Source: an uncultured Verrucomicrobiae bacterium | Lineage (GTDB): Bacteria > Verrucomicrobiota > Verrucomicrobiia > Limisphaerales > Palsa-1400 | NCBI GenBank assembly: GCA_963702845.1 | Contig: OY969763.1 | Location: forward strand, 5,440,001-5,504,000 | Reading direction: 5' to 3' | DNA length: 64,000 bases | Shown here: positions 60,341-64,000 of the stretch, in pieces | How the letters are laid out: each line of letters opens with the position of its first letter | Numbering within the stretch: the first letter of the stretch is position 1 | Translations under genes and position numbers: made by a program | Notes under the pieces: generated by a model | Seen by the model: only the letters and a program-made list of their open reading frames with translations | What the model was told of the DNA's origin: nothing | Databases searched by the model: none

Positions 60341-61311
60341 ATGAAAAGTGTCCGCTATTAGCAATTTTCGTCCTGAATTCAGTTTTGATTTCGGCCTTGC
60401 TGATCCGCTTGGACCCGAATGCGCCGGTTAAACCGCCGCCTACGCCACCGAAACCTGATCGCGAGAAGACGAGTTATGCGATCGGCATGAATCTCGGCCT
60501 GCAGCGCAAACAGGCCAAGTCCGACGCCGATATCGAAGCCTTCGCCAAAGGGCTGAAGGAAACTTTTCGAAAATAAACCGACCGAGATTCCTTTCACCGA
60601 CACGATGCAGGCCATCAATGCCATGCGCACACAGCGGCACCAACGCCACCGCGCAGGAGAAGCGAATGTTTGCTTACGCCATGGGCATGCGCTGGGGCAA
60701 TCAACTTGAAAGGAAAATGCTCCCGATTGTGATACCGCTGTTGTTGTTCGGCCATAAAAGATGTCGCTGACGGCAAGCCGACTAAGATCAAGGAAGCCGA
60801 AATGCAACCTTTGCTCGAACAGGGCCGGGAGTGGTCTCTTTATATCAAAGGCGCAAAAAATCGTGAGGCAGGCGCGGCTTTTCTGGCTGCGAATGTCCAA
60901 GCAACCCGGCGTGCACAATCTCCCCGATGGCTTGCAATATCGAGTCATCAAAGAAGGCACCGGCCGGGCGGCCAGCACCCTTGGATGAACACGAAGTCCT
61001 CTTTATCAGATACAAAGGAACATTCATTGATGGTCGTGAATTTGATCATCATAACCATTTCCCGAAAAATCTCCTCGGTGGCTGGCCTGCCTGGCTTGAA
61101 GCCCTCAAACGCATGAAAGTTGGCGACAAATGGCAGGTTTATTCTCCGCCCGAGTATTCATTTGGCCGCGACGGCGACCCGTCTCGTCAATGTCGGTCCG
61201 GATACCACAGTCGTTTGGGATTTGGAAATTCGCGAAATCGTTGGTGACGATGATCCACGCTTGGGCACCGGCCGGCTCGGTCACGGTATTGCCGGACGCG
61301 ACAATCCGTAA
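60341..61311 (+). CDS. FKBP-type peptidyl-prolyl isomerase (FkpA/Mip-like, apparently duplicated N-domain), heavily frameshifted
   Basis: Fragments EKTSYAIGMNLG, LPDGLQYRVIKEGTG, YKGTFIDGREFD, EALKRMKVGDKWQVYSPPEY. Confidence 0.75.
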
Positions 61312-61397
61312 ATCGAGGTGAAAGAGTGAAGTGAAGCTGTATCCGTAAATCTACCAATTGTCGCTCTCCAATCTCATTCTGACTCACTCCTGCAGCC

Positions 61398-62393
61398 ATG
61401 ATCAAAGTTGAAAATCTCACCAAAGCGTTCGGCGCGAAAGTCGCCGTTAACAACGTCTCTTTTACCGTCGAGCGTGGTGAAGTGCTGGGATTTCTTGGCC
61501 CTAACGGCGCCGGCAAATCCACCACCATGCGCATGATCACCGGCTTTATCCCGCCGACTGATGGAAAAGTTTCCGTCGGTGGACACGACGTGGTTGAAAA
61601 TCCGATCGCCGCAAAGAAGCTCATCGGTTATTTGCCTGAAGCCGCGCCCGGTTTATGTCGACATGACGGTGAAAAGTTTTCTTACTTTCTGCGCCGAACT
61701 CAGCGGCATGCGCGGCGATGCGTTCAAGAGAGCTGTCAATCGCGCCGTCGAACTCTGCTTCCTCGAACCGGTCCTTTATCAAAGTGTCGACACACTGTCC
61801 AAAGGCTATCGCCATCGCACTTGTCTCGCGCAGTCCATCGTTCATGACCCGCCGGTCCTCGTCATGGACGAACCGACCGACGGACTTGACCCGAATCAAA
61901 AGCACGAAATCCGCACTCTCATTCGCGGATGGGTGAAAACAAAGCGATCATTTTCTCCACTCACATTCTGGAAGAAGTCGAAGCCGTTTGTTCGCGCGCC
62001 ATCATCATCGATCGCGGCCAGATTGTTGCCTCCGGAACCCCTGAAGAATTGAAGCGTCGCTCCGAACTCGGTGGTGCGGTCCGTATTTCCGTTCGCGGTA
62101 TCACCGCCCCGCAATTCGCCGACCGCCTCTCGGCCATGCCTCAAGTGCGCAAAGTCGCTGTCCTCGCCGGGAAAAACGGTGACGCCACCGTCCGCGTCTA
62201 TCCGCAGGACGGAATCGGCAAAGATCTCAACGGCGATTTTGTTCGCGGCTTGCTTGAAGCTTCGAGCTGCTGGCAAGTCCTCGATGTTCGCACCGAAGAA
62301 GGCCGTCTGGACGAAGTCTTCCGCAACCTCACGTGGTCCGACACGGTAAGAAAACCGAGCCGGCCGCGGCCGTCGCTGCTTAATAGAAACTGA
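61398..62393 (+). CDS. ABC-2 ATP-binding protein, GldA-like (two frameshifts)
   Basis: GPNGAGKS, LSKGYRHR, MDEPTDGLDPNQ, STHILEEV. Confidence 0.85.
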
Positions 62394-62541
62394 ATCCGCT
62401 AAGAAGACCGCCCCATTTCTGCAAAACTAAGCATGATGCATAAATCGACATCGCGACAAATCGTAGCGCAGGCGAGGCCGACGTCGGCTTTCTAACCTGC
62501 GTCGCGTCGTTGCGCCTTCAGTCGTCGAATTTCTGCGGATG

Positions 62542-62617
62542 CTACTGCAAACGGGTGCAATTTCTGATGATTTTGCACCAATTGCACCAGTCGCACTACT
62601 TGCACCAGTTGCAGTAG
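62542..62617. repeat. Five tandem 9-bp TTGCACCAG-like units with an inverted upstream arm
   Basis: ttgcaccaa/ttgcaccag/tcgcactac/ttgcaccag/ttgcagtag at 62573-62617; CTACTGCAA..GGTGCAA at 62542-62560 is complementary. Confidence 0.65.
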
Positions 62618-62694
62618 TTTTTTTCCCGTTTTTGAAACCGCACGCACGCGTCGTTCCCTCAACATTTAACCAAATCACCTCTCTTTCTCCGAAA

Positions 62695-63447
62695 ATGAAC
62701 TCTCTCGGAAACATCAAAACCGTCGCCAAACGCGAACTCGCCAGTTATCTCACGGCGCCGCTCGCTTATATTTTCGTCGTCATCTTTCTCGCCCTCACCG
62801 GATTTTTCACCTTCTCCATGGAGGAAAATCTGTTCCAGATGGGCCAGGCGAGTTTCTACTCGTTCTTCAAATGGCACCCATGGCTCTACCTCGTTTTCGT
62901 CCCCTGCGTCGGCATGCGACTCTGGGCCGAAGAACGCCGCGTCGGCACCATTGAACTCCTGCTCACGAAACCAATCACCCCGTGGCAAGCCATCGTCGGT
63001 AAATTTCTCGCCTCCTGGATTTTCCTCGGCTGCGCGTTGTTCCTGACCTTCCCAGTCGTCATCACCGTCAATTACCTCGGCTCGCCCGACAACGGCCTGA
63101 TTCTCGCCACTTACATGGGCAGCTTTTTGATGGCCGGTACTTATCTGGCGATCAGTTGCATGACTTCCGCGATGACCCGCAATCAGGTCATCAGCTTCAT
63201 TCTCTCCCTTGTCATCTGCATGTTCCTCGTCATGTGCGGCACGCCGACGGTTACTGATTACCTTACTCGTTTTGACAAAGCCATGGCTGGTCGATCTCGT
63301 TGCTTCGCTCAGCGTCATGACGCATTTCAAGCCTTTCACCGAGGGCTGGATCGATTCGCGCGACATCATTTTCTTCATCTTGATGATGGGCTTCGTCCTG
63401 TTCACCACCGCGGTCATTCTCCGCAGTTATCAAGCGGCGAGCGATAA
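62695..63447 (+). CDS. ABC-2 permease, GldF-like (frameshift near 63285; end approximate)
   Basis: KRELASYLTAPLAY, MRLWAEERRVGTIELLLT, VGKFLA, TRNQVISF. Confidence 0.85.
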   Translation: MNSLGNIKTVAKRELASYLTAPLAYIFVVIFLALTGFFTFSMEENLFQMGQASFYSFFKWHPWLYLVFVPCVGMRLWAEERRVGTIELLLTKPITPWQAIVGKFLASWIFLGCALFLTFPVVITVNYLGSPDNGLILATYMGSFLMAGTYLAISCMTSAMTRNQVISFILSLVICMFLVMCGTPTVTDYLTRFDKAMAGRSRCFAQRHDAFQAFHRGLDRFARHHFLHLDDGLRPVHHRGHSPQLSSGER

Positions 63448-63450
63448 GCT

Positions 63451-64000
63451 GACCAAAGGCAAAACTTCGAGCGCTTGCTATTATTCCACCGGCGGCGTGG
63501 TCGGGATGTTTGTCGTTATGGTGGCACTTTATATTATCAGCAGCGCTGGTCAATCTGCGCGCGGACGTAACTGCTGAAAAAGTTCACACGCTCACCCCGG
63601 GAACGAGGAAAATTCTGGCGCGCCTCGATTCGCGCGTCACCATGCGCTTCTATTGCAGCCAGGGCGAAACTGGTATGCCGCCCCAATTCAAAGCCTACGC
63701 CCATCGCGTTCAGGATTTGCTCAGTGAATATGTCGACGAATCCAAAGGCAAACTGCTGCTGGAAAAATATGATCCGCAGCCCGATTCCGAATCCGAAAGC
63801 GCCGCGACCTTGAACGGGATCGAAGGTCGTCCCGGACCGAACGGCGACAAAGTTTTTCTCGGGCTTGTTCGTCACTTTGTTGAACGAAAAATTTGCTATC
63901 CCTTTCCTGTCGCCTGATCGCGAGCGTTTGCTTGAATACGATATTTCCCGTGCCATTTCCCGCGTCGCTAGCCAAACCCGTCCCGCGATTGGTATTATGA
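63451..64000 (+). CDS. GldG-like ABC auxiliary component (partial, frameshifted; start approximate)
   Basis: RADVTAEKVHTLTPGTRKIL, RVQDLLSEY, LLEYDISRAI. Confidence 0.75.

Noticed and set aside
61398..64000. Gliding motility system
   Set aside because: GldA/F/G-like ABC transporters are widespread in non-gliding bacteria, and no other gld or spr genes are present.

Overview
A 64 kb bacterial chromosomal segment. Gene content (prepilin/H-X9-DG protein, DUF5069, DUF6600, PurA-like protein, A-rich starts without Shine-Dalgarno sites) suggests Verrucomicrobiota; this is an inference. (1) About 1-34 kb is a signalling and general-stress island. It encodes an MlaA/VacJ-alpha/beta-hydrolase fusion next to a HydE/PylB-like radical SAM enzyme, two LuxR/NarL regulators, GAF/PAS kinases, a CheB/CheR fusion and seven stand-alone receiver genes or relics. 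It also encodes Ohr, BON/OsmY, an ice-binding DUF3494 protein, a GH63 glucosidase, an SDR, MlaE/MlaD and many small proteins. At least 11 copies of a palindrome (consensus ATGGGGT-N3/4-ACCCCAT) occur here, eight of them 21-23 nt upstream of a -10-like hexamer, which suggests one regulon. (2) About 34-53 kb is mostly housekeeping: pstSCAB-phoU-phoB-phoR, a prepilin-type gene with a 1352-aa secreted protein, citrate synthase, sucC-VOC-sucD, glycerate kinase and a GT4. (3) 53.8-60.3 kb is the most striking part: six tandem secreted, cysteine-rich GH25 muramidase genes. Each has its own terminator and a 5' leader that can fold into the same hairpin-loop pseudoknot with compensatory changes, and five carry a shared palindromic upstream site. 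Leader types and enzyme types appear shuffled, and copies 1 and 2 show recent gene conversion. (4) An FKBP gene and a GldA/F/G-like ABC transporter end the window. Many single-base frameshifts in conserved genes look like long-read assembly errors. No rRNA, tRNA, CRISPR array, integrase or transposase was recognised.
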